Positions 31,069-41,271 of a DNA stretch of 64,000 nucleotides are shown here, piece by piece (the first letter of the stretch is position 1; each line of letters begins with the position of its first letter). The stretch is taken from the NCBI GenBank assembly GCA_963662615.2, contig CAXXSR010000001.1, positions 96,001 to 160,000 of the forward strand. The letters run 5' to 3'. The translations under genes and the position numbers were made by a program. This DNA is from Dehalococcoidia bacterium. Its GTDB lineage: Bacteria; Chloroflexota; Dehalococcoidia; Bin125. A model generated the notes under the pieces. The model was given only the letters and a program-made list of their open reading frames with translations. It made no database searches and was not told the origin of the DNA.

Positions 31069-31719
31069 CTACGCGCCTGGTGTGTCGCCGGGCGGTTGGT
31101 TGCCGGGCGGTGGGTCCCGGCGCAGGGCGTCACGCACCGGAGGCCAGTTGCGCGCCAGGTCAGGGGTCGGCGGCTCCAAGGGCGGAGGGGGCGTCGCGTA
31201 GAAACTGCCGGCCGGTTGGGTGATCAGCTCCACGAACACCGGCCCTTCCAGGCTCAGCAGCTCGTCAAAGGCGGCGTCGAACGCCTCCACGTCGTCGAAG
31301 CGCACGGCGTGGCGGTAGCCGGCCTCCCGCGCCATCCCCGCGAAGGACAGCGTGTCGTCCGCGGGGATCGGCTGACCACCGCTGGTCTCGTAGGTGCCGT
31401 TGCGGAAGACCAGGTGCAGCAAGCGCTGAGGAGCGGCGCCGGCGATCGTGGCCAGGGAGCCCAACTGCATCAGCAAGGAGCCGTCGCCATCAATGATCCA
31501 CACCGGCAGATCCGGCCGCGCCAGCGCGACGCCCAGTCCAAACGTGGAAGCGCCGCCCATGAAGCCAACGCAGCGGAGGTTGCGGTCGCTGGGCGAGCGC
31601 TTCTCCCACGGTCCCCGTGCCGTCATGGTGGCCATCACGACCTGGTCCGTGCGCCGGCGCGCCAAGATGTCCAGGGCGCCGTCGCGCGACATGCGCCGAA
31701 TGTCGGGCGGTTCGGACAT
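31069..31719 (-). CDS. TPP-dependent decarboxylase beta subunit (ComE / phosphonopyruvate decarboxylase-like)
   Basis: GFMGGA, DGDGSLLMQLGSL and NGTYETSGGQP motifs. Confidence 0.85.
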   Translation of the reverse strand: MSEPPDIRRMSRDGALDILARRRTDQVVMATMTARGPWEKRSPSDRNLRCVGFMGGASTFGLGVALARPDLPVWIIDGDGSLLMQLGSLATIAGAAPQRLLHLVFRNGTYETSGGQPIPADDTLSFAGMAREAGYRHAVRFDDVEAFDAAFDELLSLEGPVFVELITQPAGSFYATPPPPLEPPTPDLARNWPPVRDALRRDPPPGNQPPGDTPGA

Positions 31720-31727
31720 GCAGCCCC

Positions 31728-32237
31728 CTATTCTGTCTCCACCCCCACCAGCAGGGCGATCGGGCCGGCTCGCTCCTCCGCTTCCTGGAACGCGCGCGGC
31801 AGAGCGTCCACGTCGGTTCGGTGCTCCAAAAGGCGACAGGGGATATCAAGCGCGTCGAGGAGCGGCTGCGCCAACCGCACCATGGAGCCAAAGTCTTCGC
31901 GGGGCGCTTTGGCGGGATCGCGACCCAAGAGACCGATCAGCAGCACCAGCGGGAAACAACCATCGATGCCGATCCCGCGCAGGTAGTTCACGCAGGCGAA
32001 CAGGCCCGCATGCTGGATCTGCAGCAAGGGCCGCCTCCCGCCAACGATCAGGCCGGCGCCAATGGCCACCGCCTCGTTCTCGTTGGTGGCACGGATGAGG
32101 CGGATATCGGGAGCGTCTTCCAGCAGGGCGATCAGCGTCCGCTGGTGGGTGTCGGGGACGATAATCACGTCCTGGACGCCGGCCTCCCGCAAGGACTCCA
32201 GCATCGTGTCGGCTGGGATCGCTTCGGCGACGGCCAT
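31728..32237 (-). CDS. TPP-dependent decarboxylase alpha subunit (ComD-like)
   Basis: VPDT, ENEAVAIGAGL and IQHAGL motifs; directly upstream of the beta subunit. Confidence 0.8.
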   Translation of the reverse strand: MAVAEAIPADTMLESLREAGVQDVIIVPDTHQRTLIALLEDAPDIRLIRATNENEAVAIGAGLIVGGRRPLLQIQHAGLFACVNYLRGIGIDGCFPLVLLIGLLGRDPAKAPREDFGSMVRLAQPLLDALDIPCRLLEHRTDVDALPRAFQEAEERAGPIALLVGVETE

Positions 32238-32394
32238 GACCGCAGCCCCTCCCCGGAGTAGCGGGAATCGACGAACCGGAGGTAGGGTAGTGTGCTTTTC
32301 GGCGAGACGCCAGAGCGCGGAGCGGCCGGCCGCCCGTGACGACGGACGCCTGCGACGACGTTGGTGCTTTGCCCGGCCGCCGCGAACGACGAAC

Positions 32395-32673
32395 ACGTCC
32401 GGCCGTTGGCCAGACGGTGGTGCACCGCGACCGCGGGACCCCGTACACGGCGTGGGCGTTCGGCCAGCGCCTGCGGGCGGCGGGCCTGCTCGGTTCGATG
32501 GGCCGAGTTCGCCTCGGCGATCTTTGAGTGGAACGAGGCCTGGTATCACCCGCGTCGTCGGCACACCGCCATCGACGATCACAGCCGCGTCGAATACGAA
32601 CGCCTTCACGAAGCCGCGGAGGATGCGGCATGTTCACCACACCCGAGCAGTGCGGAAAACCGGGGCAGGCTCA
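32395..32673 (+). mobile_element. IS3-family remnant with an internal deletion
   Basis: VVHRDRGTPYTAWAFGQRLRAAGLLGSMGRV / AIFEWNEAWYHPRRRH; right end GGGGCAGGCTCA matches the 3170-3186 end. Confidence 0.8.
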
Positions 32674-32706
32674 ATGTGGAACAGTCCTGTCCGACACAGA
32701 GATCAC
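32674..32706. repeat. 42-bp palindrome copy joined to the IS3 end
   Basis: ATG TGGAAC AGTCCT GTCCGA CACAGA GATCAC. Confidence 0.65.
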
Positions 32707-32749
32707 TTCAGGGCTGGAGGATCGCTGCGGCTGGGCCCGCGCCGTGGGG

Positions 32750-33308
32750 AGGCGCGGGTGGGACGGGCTGGCAGGAAGCGGAGTTCGAGTCGTTGGGGAC
32801 GCCGTTCCGGCAGCGGCCGTCGCGGATGGAGGAGGCGGTGGCGGTGTTGCGGGCGTGTTGGTCGGAGGAGCCGGTGCGCTTCGAGGGTCGGTACACGACG
32901 GTGCGGGAGATGAGCATGTTGCCGAAGCCGGTCACGCCGGGGGGGCCGCCGATCCTCTTTGGCGGGGCCGTGCCGGCGGCGGAGGAGCGGGCGGCGCGGC
33001 TGGGGGACGGCTGGATTGGGCTGAGGCGCGTCAGCCCCGAGGGGGCGAGGGAGTCGATGGGGCGGCTTCGCTCACACCTCGCCAAGAACGGCCGCGACGG
33101 TGACGCGTTTCCGATCCAGTGGACGACGCCGTTGCGGGAGGACGTGGGAGAGCTGATCGCGACGTTCGTGGGCTATCGGGAGGCGGGGGCGAGCCGGCTG
33201 GGGGTGTCGATGCCGAGCAACGACCCCGGGGCTAAGCTGGCGGTGGACGAATATTTGCGGCAGTTGGAGGTCGTGTTTCGGGAGGTGTGGCCGGCGGTGC
33301 GGGGGTGA
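32750..33308 (+). pseudogene. LLM-class F420 oxidoreductase, 5'-truncated
   Basis: GTGWQEAEFESLG, PPILFGG and RAARLGDGW motifs. Confidence 0.8.
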
Positions 33309-33419
33309 GGGGGGAAGCGCCGGCGAGCCGGCGGCGCGGCGTGCACCCTCCTTCTTAATACGGTCACTTCCGTTTGCGGGTGGGTTTCGCCCGCCGTGTG
33401 TGCGGTATGAAGCGGCGTC

Positions 33420-33461
33420 TCGGACTCGATGTCGAACGGTCCTGTGCGAGATGGAGTTCGC
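33420..33461. repeat. 42-bp palindrome copy
   Basis: TCGGAC TCGATG TCGAAC GGTCCT GTGCGA GATGGA GTTCGC; conserved flank on the left (GCGGCGTC). Confidence 0.75.
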
Positions 33462-33540
33462 CGCTGGATCGCGCACTCGCGCACAACCAGAGCACCAGCA
33501 CTGACTTCTACGTCGCCGGGAGGCCGATCCGCCGTTGTGG

Positions 33541-33849
33541 TTACGAAACTGCGATCGCCTTCGAGACTTCCAGGTCCGGGGCGACCTCCGGGTTCACTTT
33601 GAGACCGCCGCAGGCCTTCGCCAGCTGGGGGACGCAGTCAGCGGCGAATATCCGCATCTGCTCCTCGGTCTCCTGACCACTGAATCCGCCCATCTCGTCG
33701 GCCAGGATGCCCTGGCGGATCTGGTCCACCAGCCCCCGCTGGAAGCTCTCGTGCGTCTCGGCCAACGTGCCCGAGTTCACGCGGATCCCTTCCGCGGCGA
33801 CGCTGGGCAGGTCCGTCGGCCCGGTCTGGAAGATCGCGAGTTCAAGCAT
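33541..33849 (-). pseudogene. LLM gene with a probable in-frame internal deletion
   Basis: N-terminal-like segment (DQIRQGILADEMG) runs directly into a C-terminal-like segment (EEQMRIFAADCVPQL). Confidence 0.6.
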
Positions 33850-34092
33850 CCGTCCCTTTTTCGCCAGTCTGATGCGGACCGCGCCGAGCGCTGCGCGTGT
33901 GGCCTGCCCGCACTGCCCGGTCCCCTGCAGATACCCGACCGAAGCTCGCTCGGCTTCGCGGCTAGTTCCGCACCCGTGCCCCGGTCTGATCGCAGCGCCG
34001 AAAAACCGACCTCTTGTGTAGCCGATCAGGGGGCGCTTGTCTATCCGGGCGCGCCGCCGTACGCCCCTGCCCTGCCCCCGGACAGCGTTCAA

Positions 34093-34134
34093 CCCGACTC
34101 GATGTCGAACAGAGCTGTCCGACATAGGATCGGA
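34093..34134. repeat. 42-bp palindrome copy
   Basis: CCCGAC TCGATG TCGAAC AGAGCT GTCCGA CATAGG ATCGGA. Confidence 0.8.
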
Positions 34135-34248
34135 CACGGTGTTGGGCGGCGGGCTCCTGGAAGCGAAGCCCTTGTCTCCACATTAGAGGAGGGCGTCAGG
34201 TGCAACGTGCCACGGTGCCGGCCCGGACGCGGTACACTGCGCTGCGGC

Positions 34249-36585
34249 ATGACAGCGGGCCGGGTGCAGGCGACGGCGGCGCACTTCCCTCGAACTGAGG
34301 TGAAACTCGACGGCGAGATCGCCGTCGGCGGGCTGCGCGACGCCGCCGTCATCCGGCGCGATGAGCTCGGCGTGCCTCACATCGAGGCGTCGAGCGAACA
34401 CGACGCCTGGTTCGGGCAGGGCTTCGCGGCGGCGCAGGATCGGCTCTGGCAGATGGAGTACGACCGCCGCCGTGCTGTCGGGCGCTGGGCGGCCGTCGTG
34501 GGGGAAGAGGCATTGGCGGCAGACGTCCTGGCGCGCCGTCTGCAGCTGCGGGCGGCAGCCGAGGCCGACGTCGCCGCGATGTCGCCACCGACCCGTGGCA
34601 TGTTCCAGGCCTATGCCGCCGGGGTGAACGCGTTCCTCGCCACCCAACCGCTGCCGCCCGAGTACGCGCTCGCGGGCGTGACCCCGGAGCGTTGGGAGCC
34701 CTGGCACTCCGTCGTGACGTTCAAGATCCGTCACGTCCTCATGGGGCCGTGGCAGCTCAAGCTGGCGCACGCCGCGTTGTTGGCCCGCATTGGGCCCGAG
34801 CGATACGCCCGCGTCGAATCGCAGCAGCCGCTTGGGTCCAACGCGGTGCTGCCGCCGGGCGGGGCCATCGCGGAACTTTTCCAGCACGCGGCGGCGGACA
34901 TCGAGGCGGCGTCCAAATCCCTCGGCTTCCTGGCGGACGCGCAGGGCGGCTCCAACTCGTGGGCGGTCCACGGCAGCCGGACGGTCAGCGGCCGCCCGGT
35001 CCTGTGCAACGACTCGCACCGCCAACTTGAAGCGCCGAACGTCTATTGGCAGGTGCACGTGCGCTGCCCCGACTTCGATGTAATCGGAGCGACCTTCCCG
35101 GGCCTCCCGGCGTTTCCGCATTTCGGGCACAACGGCCGGGTGGCCTGGTGCATCACGCACGCGATGGCCGACAACCAGGACCTCTACATCGAGCAGTTCG
35201 ATCGCGAGCGGCCCGAACGCTACCGCACACCCAACGGCTGGGCCGTTGCGGAGCGGAGCGCCGAGACGATCGACGTAGCGGACGGCCGGCCGGCGAACGT
35301 GGAGCTGTGGCGCACGCCTCACGGGCCGATCGTGCACGGCGATCCCCGTCGTGGCCATGCCTTGGCCTTGCGGTACACCGCGACGGAGGCGCCTTGCCGC
35401 GGTTTCGAGGTGCTGCGCCCGATGCTGGGCGCCCGCACCGTCCCGGAGCTCTTCGAGACCCAACGCCAATGGGTGGACCCGGTGAATAACCTGCTCGCGG
35501 CCGACACGGCGGGGAACATCGGCTACGTGACCCGGGGGCGGATCCCGCTGCGTTCGTCGCCCGCGGGCCGGCGCTTCCCCGTTCCCGGCTGGACGGGCGA
35601 GCACAGGTGGACCGGTGACTTGGGCGAGGAGCAGCGGCCGCGCGCGATCAATCCGCCCGCGGGATTCATCGTCACGGCCAACCAGCAGATCCTCGAGCGC
35701 GATGAGCCCTACATCTCACATGACTTCGCGACGCCGGCGCGCGCCGAGCGGATCGTCGAGCGGCTCCAGGGATCGGAGCGGATGACGCCGGAGGCGATCG
35801 TCGCGGTGCAGGGGGATACCATGTCGCTGCCGGCGCGCTGGTGGGCCACGGCCTTGCAGCGGTTCGGGCCCTACGCCGGCGAGGCCGAGCGCGCGCGGAC
35901 CATGTTGGCCGCTTGGGACGGCGACCTGCGACCGGAGAGCGGCCCGGCGCTCCTCTATGCCTGCTTCCGCCGTGCTCTGGTGACCGAGGCGTTCGGGCCG
36001 ATCCTGGGAGAGGCAACGCTGGCCTGGGCGCTGTTGGCTGCGCTCCCGTCCACCGCCCGGATCCTGGACTCCTGGCTCTACAACGTCGCGCGGGACGTTG
36101 GGCAGGGCGGCGTGACGGCGCCGGACGGCCGCTCGTGGGAGGACACTCTCCCCGTCGTGCTGGCGCTGGCCTGCCGCACGGCCGTCGACGAGGGCGGCGC
36201 GGACCCAGAAGCGTGGCGTTGGGACCGCGTGCACGCGACGCGCGCGCGGCACACCCTGGCCGATCGGCTGCCGCAGTTCGACGATGTCCTCAACCCGCCG
36301 CGGGCGGCGCTGGGCGGCAACGGCGAGACGGTGCAGCAGGCCGGCCATAGTTCCACAAGCTTCGACGTGGACCTCGTCTCTGTGTACCGGCAGGCGGCGG
36401 ATCTGGCTGACCTCTCGCATGCGCGCTGGATCGTGCCGGGTGGGGCGAGCGGCGTGCCTGGGTCCGCGCACTACAGCGACCAGTTGGAGCGCTGGCGCCT
36501 GCACCAGCTCGCCCCCATGCACTATGAAGCGGCCGAGGTGAGGACGGCGGCGCTTCACTCGTTGCGCTTGGCGCCTTCTCCCTAG
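34249..36585 (+). CDS. Penicillin acylase family Ntn hydrolase
   Basis: RDELGVPHI, AQDRLWQME, GGSNSWAV and GASGVPGSAHYSDQ motifs. Confidence 0.92.
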   Translation: MTAGRVQATAAHFPRTEVKLDGEIAVGGLRDAAVIRRDELGVPHIEASSEHDAWFGQGFAAAQDRLWQMEYDRRRAVGRWAAVVGEEALAADVLARRLQLRAAAEADVAAMSPPTRGMFQAYAAGVNAFLATQPLPPEYALAGVTPERWEPWHSVVTFKIRHVLMGPWQLKLAHAALLARIGPERYARVESQQPLGSNAVLPPGGAIAELFQHAAADIEAASKSLGFLADAQGGSNSWAVHGSRTVSGRPVLCNDSHRQLEAPNVYWQVHVRCPDFDVIGATFPGLPAFPHFGHNGRVAWCITHAMADNQDLYIEQFDRERPERYRTPNGWAVAERSAETIDVADGRPANVELWRTPHGPIVHGDPRRGHALALRYTATEAPCRGFEVLRPMLGARTVPELFETQRQWVDPVNNLLAADTAGNIGYVTRGRIPLRSSPAGRRFPVPGWTGEHRWTGDLGEEQRPRAINPPAGFIVTANQQILERDEPYISHDFATPARAERIVERLQGSERMTPEAIVAVQGDTMSLPARWWATALQRFGPYAGEAERARTMLAAWDGDLRPESGPALLYACFRRALVTEAFGPILGEATLAWALLAALPSTARILDSWLYNVARDVGQGGVTAPDGRSWEDTLPVVLALACRTAVDEGGADPEAWRWDRVHATRARHTLADRLPQFDDVLNPPRAALGGNGETVQQAGHSSTSFDVDLVSVYRQAADLADLSHARWIVPGGASGVPGSAHYSDQLERWRLHQLAPMHYEAAEVRTAALHSLRLAPSP

Positions 36586-36643
36586 CACGCTCGGCCTAGC
36601 GGCCGCGCACAGCAGGCGCTCATTCCGGCGAGGGGGAACGCGA

Positions 36644-37600
36644 TTACGTCGGGGCTGCGCGGGAAGAGCGGCCCTCCGCTTCGCGATCCGGTTCGCCATC
36701 GCTTTCGCCTTCGCTGGGGCCCTGCGCGTAGGCGCGGGCGACGTCGATGGCGCGCTCAAAGCGGACTTGGGGCTGGGAGCGGATATGGCGGATCAGCTGT
36801 TCCAGCATTTGCAGCCGGCCGGGCCGCCCGATCACGTGCGGATGCATCGTCAGCACGAACGGATCGCCCCGCGCGGCCAGTTCGTCGAAGGCGGCCGCCC
36901 AGACGTCGTAGACATGTTGGGGCGTTGCCATGAGGCGACTGCGGTCGGCGGCGCTAAAGGTGAAGTACGGGTAGTCGTCCAGGCTCCAGTGGACGGGGAT
37001 TTCAACCAGACGGCGCTCGGGCGGTCCCACCCAGTAGGGTCGGTCCGCGCCCATCAGGCTGGAGTCGTAGACGAAGCCGCGCGCGGCCAGCAGGTCGAGT
37101 GAATGGGGACTCAGCTCCCAGCTGGGAGAGCGGTAGCCCATTGGCGGCTCCCCGCTGAGCCGCTCGAGGACGGCGGTCGCCCGATCGAGCACCTCCGCTT
37201 CCTGCTCCGGGGTGAGGGAGGCGGGCGGTTCGTGCAGGTAGCCGTGGTGGCCCACCTCGTGGCCGTCGCGGAGGATGTGCTCCACGAGGGCGGCATGGCG
37301 CTCGGCGATCCAGCCCGGGATGAAAAAGGACGCGCGGATCTCGTACTTGCGCAGCAGCGCGAGAATGCGCGGGGCCGCCACGGCGGGCCCGTACTCACCG
37401 ATGGAGAAGGTCGAGGGCAAGCGCTCCACCTCAGGGTTGCGATTGATCAGGCCGGTCGGGCCATCCACATCGAAGCTCAGCAGGGCCACACTCGCCCGCG
37501 CAGGCGGAGAGGAGCCCCGCTCCTCGAGGGCCGCGCCGCAGGCGCTGCAATAGTTCGCCTGGGCGACATCCTCGCGTCCACACGACGGGCAAACCGTTAC
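36644..37600 (-). CDS. Polysaccharide deacetylase with in-frame N-terminal zinc ribbon; start uncertain (GTG at 37489)
   Basis: SFDVD, HEVGHHGYLHE and LTMHPH motifs; upstream in-frame CPSCG...CSACG. Confidence 0.85.
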   Translation of the reverse strand, partial: VTVCPSCGREDVAQANYCSACGAALEERGSSPPARASVALLSFDVDGPTGLINRNPEVERLPSTFSIGEYGPAVAAPRILALLRKYEIRASFFIPGWIAERHAALVEHILRDGHEVGHHGYLHEPPASLTPEQEAEVLDRATAVLERLSGEPPMGYRSPSWELSPHSLDLLAARGFVYDSSLMGADRPYWVGPPERRLVEIPVHWSLDDYPYFTFSAADRSRLMATPQHVYDVWAAAFDELAARGDPFVLTMHPHVIGRPGRLQMLEQLIRHIRSQPQVRFERAIDVARAYAQGPSEGESDGEPDREAEGRSSRAAPT

Positions 37601-38080
37601 GATCGCCTCGTTCCATCGCCGAGCGTTCCCTCGCAGAGCCGGCTGCAGTCTACTCGTCTGCCGCCCCCTCGGGCGCCGCAGTCGGAGGGCGTGATCTCTC
37701 GCAGCGGCCCCGGGCGCTGAAGGGCCCAGGCGCTGAACGGCTAGAAGGGCGAGGGTCCGTTCTCAGCAGCCAAGCGCTGGAAGACCAGCGGGCATCACAC
37801 AGACCTGCCCGCCGTCCACGGCCGTGACAATCTGGAGCGCGTCCGTGGAATGCGCTCTTGGTCCGAGTCACCCGCACGACCGACCGGCCGTTGCCGGCGC
37901 TCTCCGGCGCCGCATCCCGGAGCTTGAAAGCCGCCCGGCGCCCGCCACGAGGACGCGCGCCGGACGGCCTGTTGATGCTGCTGGTGGGCAGCCGAAGGGG
38001 ATCGTCTAGTCCTCAACCTCCTCCTTCGTCACCCCACGGGGGGGTTCACAGCCGCACCCCTCCGCCGCCAATCCGGGGCC

Positions 38081-39574
38081 TCAATCCAGTACGATCGCTC
38101 CCGTCTCGTCGTACCGCACGCCCAGCGCGTCGGGCCCGAACTCCTCGTCGCTGAAGTGCGAGCAGGTGATCTCGCCACCTCCGACCAGGCAGGTGTCGTA
38201 GCCGTGCGCGGAGCGGTGGTACTCGTCGAAGCTGAGCGGTCCCAGCACGCCGAGGTACTCCACCTTTTCCAGCTCGTCGGCGATCGCGGTGGTGTCATCT
38301 ATCGTGCCCGCCGCCTGCATCGACTTGACCAGCATGAAGACGTAATCGTGTGTCCACAGCGTGGCGTCCATGACGACGGGGAACGGGTCACAAATGGGGC
38401 TGCCACACTCCAGCTCGTTCACGGCTTCGTAGTAATCCGCCGCCCGCGCCGGGTCGTAACCGCCCGGCACGGCCCGGCAGACGTTGAGGCAGGCGAGCGC
38501 GACCGGCACGTCGTAGTCAAGGCTGGCGTTCTCGATCCACCAGCCGGGGTCCGCGCCGAAGACCATGTAGCCCTTCTTCGCCACCTGCAGCTCGAGCGCC
38601 TGTGCGGCGATCAGGACCGAGTCTACCGCGCGGTACCAGTTGTGCATGACGTCAGGATTTTGAGCCTTGATCCGCGTCAGGAAGGGCGAGAAGTCGGTAA
38701 CCCCCACCGGGTAGTAGACCACATCCCTGGTCTCCTGCCCCAAGGCCTCGAGGACGTCGTTGTAGAACTCGCCCAGGAACTTCCCGGAGGGGTCGTCGGT
38801 GGCCAGGATCATGGAGAGGTCGCCCGGCTCCGCGCCCAGCAGGTCCAAGACGCCCACGGCCGTGATGGTGCTGCGGACGGCCTCGGCCGGCTCCGTCTGG
38901 AAGAGCCAGTGCTTGTCGCCGCCGGAGCGCGCCGTCTCCGGCGTCAGGACCCCATCCGGCGAGCTGAGGATGCTCAGCGCCATCAGGTGCAGCACCTCCG
39001 CCTGCTGAGTGATCTCCTGCGCCGCCAGCCCCGGGCCGTGCGGCGACGGCCCGAAGATCACCTTCACCCCTTCGTCCCGGACCAGCTCGGCCGTGGCGAT
39101 GACGGCCGCGTTGATGTCGGAACGGGTGTCGCGCTCCACCAGCTCAATGGTGTAGAGGGTGTCGCCGACGACGAATCCGCCGCCGGGCTCACAGATCCCC
39201 GCCGCCACGCAGCGGGCATCGCCCTCGTTGATCATCGCAGTCGCCACTCTGATCCCGTTACTCAAGGTCTCCCCGGCCCAGGCAAAGTCACCGGTCATCG
39301 GGTGCGCCGAGCCGATCCGAAGCGTGCCCGTCTTCAGGACCACCGGCTCCGGCTCGGCGGCCGGCGCGGGCTCCACCTGGGCGGCCGGCGCGGGCTCTGG
39401 TGCAGCAGCCGGGGCCGGCGCGGGCTCCGGCTCCGCGGCCGGCGCCGCCGCCGCCGCGGGCTGGGCTTCGTCGTCGTCATCGCCGCAGGCCGCGGCCAGC
39501 GCCAGGGCCAAGGCGATGAGCGCGAGGAGTGCGAAGGCCGATAGCCCCCTCACTCGCCAAAGACGCCGCTTCAT
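38081..39574 (-). CDS. LivJ-like ABC transporter substrate-binding lipoprotein
   Basis: Lipobox AAAC, Pro/Ala linker, DFSPFLTRIK motif. Confidence 0.88.
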   Translation of the reverse strand: MKRRLWRVRGLSAFALLALIALALALAAACGDDDDEAQPAAAAAPAAEPEPAPAPAAAPEPAPAAQVEPAPAAEPEPVVLKTGTLRIGSAHPMTGDFAWAGETLSNGIRVATAMINEGDARCVAAGICEPGGGFVVGDTLYTIELVERDTRSDINAAVIATAELVRDEGVKVIFGPSPHGPGLAAQEITQQAEVLHLMALSILSSPDGVLTPETARSGGDKHWLFQTEPAEAVRSTITAVGVLDLLGAEPGDLSMILATDDPSGKFLGEFYNDVLEALGQETRDVVYYPVGVTDFSPFLTRIKAQNPDVMHNWYRAVDSVLIAAQALELQVAKKGYMVFGADPGWWIENASLDYDVPVALACLNVCRAVPGGYDPARAADYYEAVNELECGSPICDPFPVVMDATLWTHDYVFMLVKSMQAAGTIDDTTAIADELEKVEYLGVLGPLSFDEYHRSAHGYDTCLVGGGEITCSHFSDEEFGPDALGVRYDETGAIVLD

Positions 39575-39843
39575 GATCTGCCTCCTTCTCTGTTCCTCGT
39601 TGTCTGTCACCATTTGGCTACGCGTCATCCGTCCCGCGCAGCCTTCGTCTCTTCGCCCTCCTCGTTGATGCAGTTCTTGGCTGCCCTCCCTCCGCCCCAG
39701 CAGGGGCCGGACCTCGCTGAATCCTTGGCCTCGTTCTTTCGCGCGGTCGTGATCTCTAAGCAGACTACGCCGCTAGGCGCAATCCCAGCGAACGTGTTCT
39801 GGTTAACACAAAGCGGTCCACTTGGCAACCCGGCCGCCTTGAA

Positions 39844-39885
39844 TCGAACTCTATGTCGGACAGACCTGTCCGACATAGAATCCGA
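39844..39885. repeat. 42-bp palindrome, near-consensus copy
   Basis: TCGAAC TCTATG TCGGAC AGACCT GTCCGA CATAGA ATCCGA, followed by flank GACGCCGTCG. Confidence 0.9.
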
Positions 39886-40134
39886 GACGCCGTCGCCGAA
39901 CCTGGCCTGCGCGCAAGCATCCGCACGCGATCGAATATTCGTGTTGCACGGGTTTTGGCACCCTACAGGAGCTGCCGGCGGCGATGGAGGGGCACGTCGT
40001 CGCGGAGGCCGAACGGAGCGGGCTCTCGGCGCGGCGTTGACCTCTGCGCCGAACGCTCTTGCGTCCGGTTGCGGCTTCCCGCACGTCATGAGCTTGATGC
40101 GGAACTGCGCTTCGCAATCCGTCCCTCTCCCGCC

Positions 40135-40959
40135 TCAAGCCGGCGCGGATCCGCCGGGTGGGCGGGCATCAATGCCCAACGCCTCATATGAATCAGCTCC
40201 GGCGTCGTACTTGGCCTGGGCATCGCGCATGAGCTGCAGCGCCTCCTGGCGCTTGGCGATGGGGATGAAGATCGTTCCCTCATTGCGGACGGCTTGCTCC
40301 AGGGGGAGATCGGCGCCTTCCTGGACGCTCTTTTTGCATCCTTCCAGAGCCCAGAGCGGCCGCCGGGCGAGCCGCGCCGCCCAGGCGATGGCTTCCTCGC
40401 GGAGGCGGTCGTCCGGCACGACGCGGTTGATGGCGCCAATGCGCAGCGCCTCCTGGGCCGAGATCGGGTTGCCCTCCAGGATCAGCTCCAAGCACTTGGT
40501 CTCGCCCACGATCCGCGCGAGGCGGGTGGTGCCGCCAGCGCCCGGGATGATCCCCACGAGCGACTCCGGCTGCCCGTAAGTCGCCGACTCCGCGGCGATG
40601 CGGAGATTGCAGGCCCATGAGATCTCCGAGCCTCCCCCCCAGGCCTGCCCGTTGTTGGCGGCGATGGAAATCATGGGCCCGCTGCGCAGCTCTTGGAGGA
40701 CACGGAACCAGTTGCGCGGATCGCCGGAGGGCGTGCCGCCGCTGAAGGCCGTGATGATGTCCGGGATCCAGGCGTGCGCCATGAAGTATCCGGGCACGTC
40801 GGAGGCGAGGACGACGACGCGGGAGCCGGCCGCCTTCACGGCATGGATCGCCTCACCGATGTCCCCCAAAGATGCCCAGCTGCAGAAGTTCATGGGCGGA
40901 ATGTCGATGAGGACAAGGCCCACGCCGTCAGCGGGGTAGGAAACGTGCGCGTCGGGCAT
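40135..40959 (-). CDS. Enoyl-CoA hydratase/isomerase
   Basis: GGGSEISWACNLR and GQPESLVGIIPGAGGTTRL motifs. Confidence 0.9.
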   Translation of the reverse strand: MPDAHVSYPADGVGLVLIDIPPMNFCSWASLGDIGEAIHAVKAAGSRVVVLASDVPGYFMAHAWIPDIITAFSGGTPSGDPRNWFRVLQELRSGPMISIAANNGQAWGGGSEISWACNLRIAAESATYGQPESLVGIIPGAGGTTRLARIVGETKCLELILEGNPISAQEALRIGAINRVVPDDRLREEAIAWAARLARRPLWALEGCKKSVQEGADLPLEQAVRNEGTIFIPIAKRQEALQLMRDAQAKYDAGADSYEALGIDARPPGGSAPA

Positions 40960-41271
40960 CGGAACGGCCCCCTTTCATGGACTCGCGCTTCTCCCGAAAC
41001 AGCGTCAACGGTCGCACGGAGTGCGCCCGGCGCTGAGGTGGCAGGCGGGACGCGAGCGCCCGCCGCTGGAGCGGCCCGCAAGCCGCACGCTGCATATCGT
41101 AGGCTGACGGTCGTTGTCAAGGACGTGGCGGCGCTCGCCTGCGGGGCTGCTGCAGCCCGAAGGGTTCACTGTTCTGCGTCTAGCCGGATTCTCACTTAGG
41201 ATCGGAGCCGGCAAGGCCGCAGGAGGGCGGCGCTTGCCCGCGGGTGCGCGGGCGGCAGGGAGGACGGCTCC

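Noticed and set aside
33535-34248. N-terminal extension making penicillin acylase 1016 aa
   Set aside because: The extension is antisense to the mini-LLM and runs through a palindrome; the likely start is 34249.
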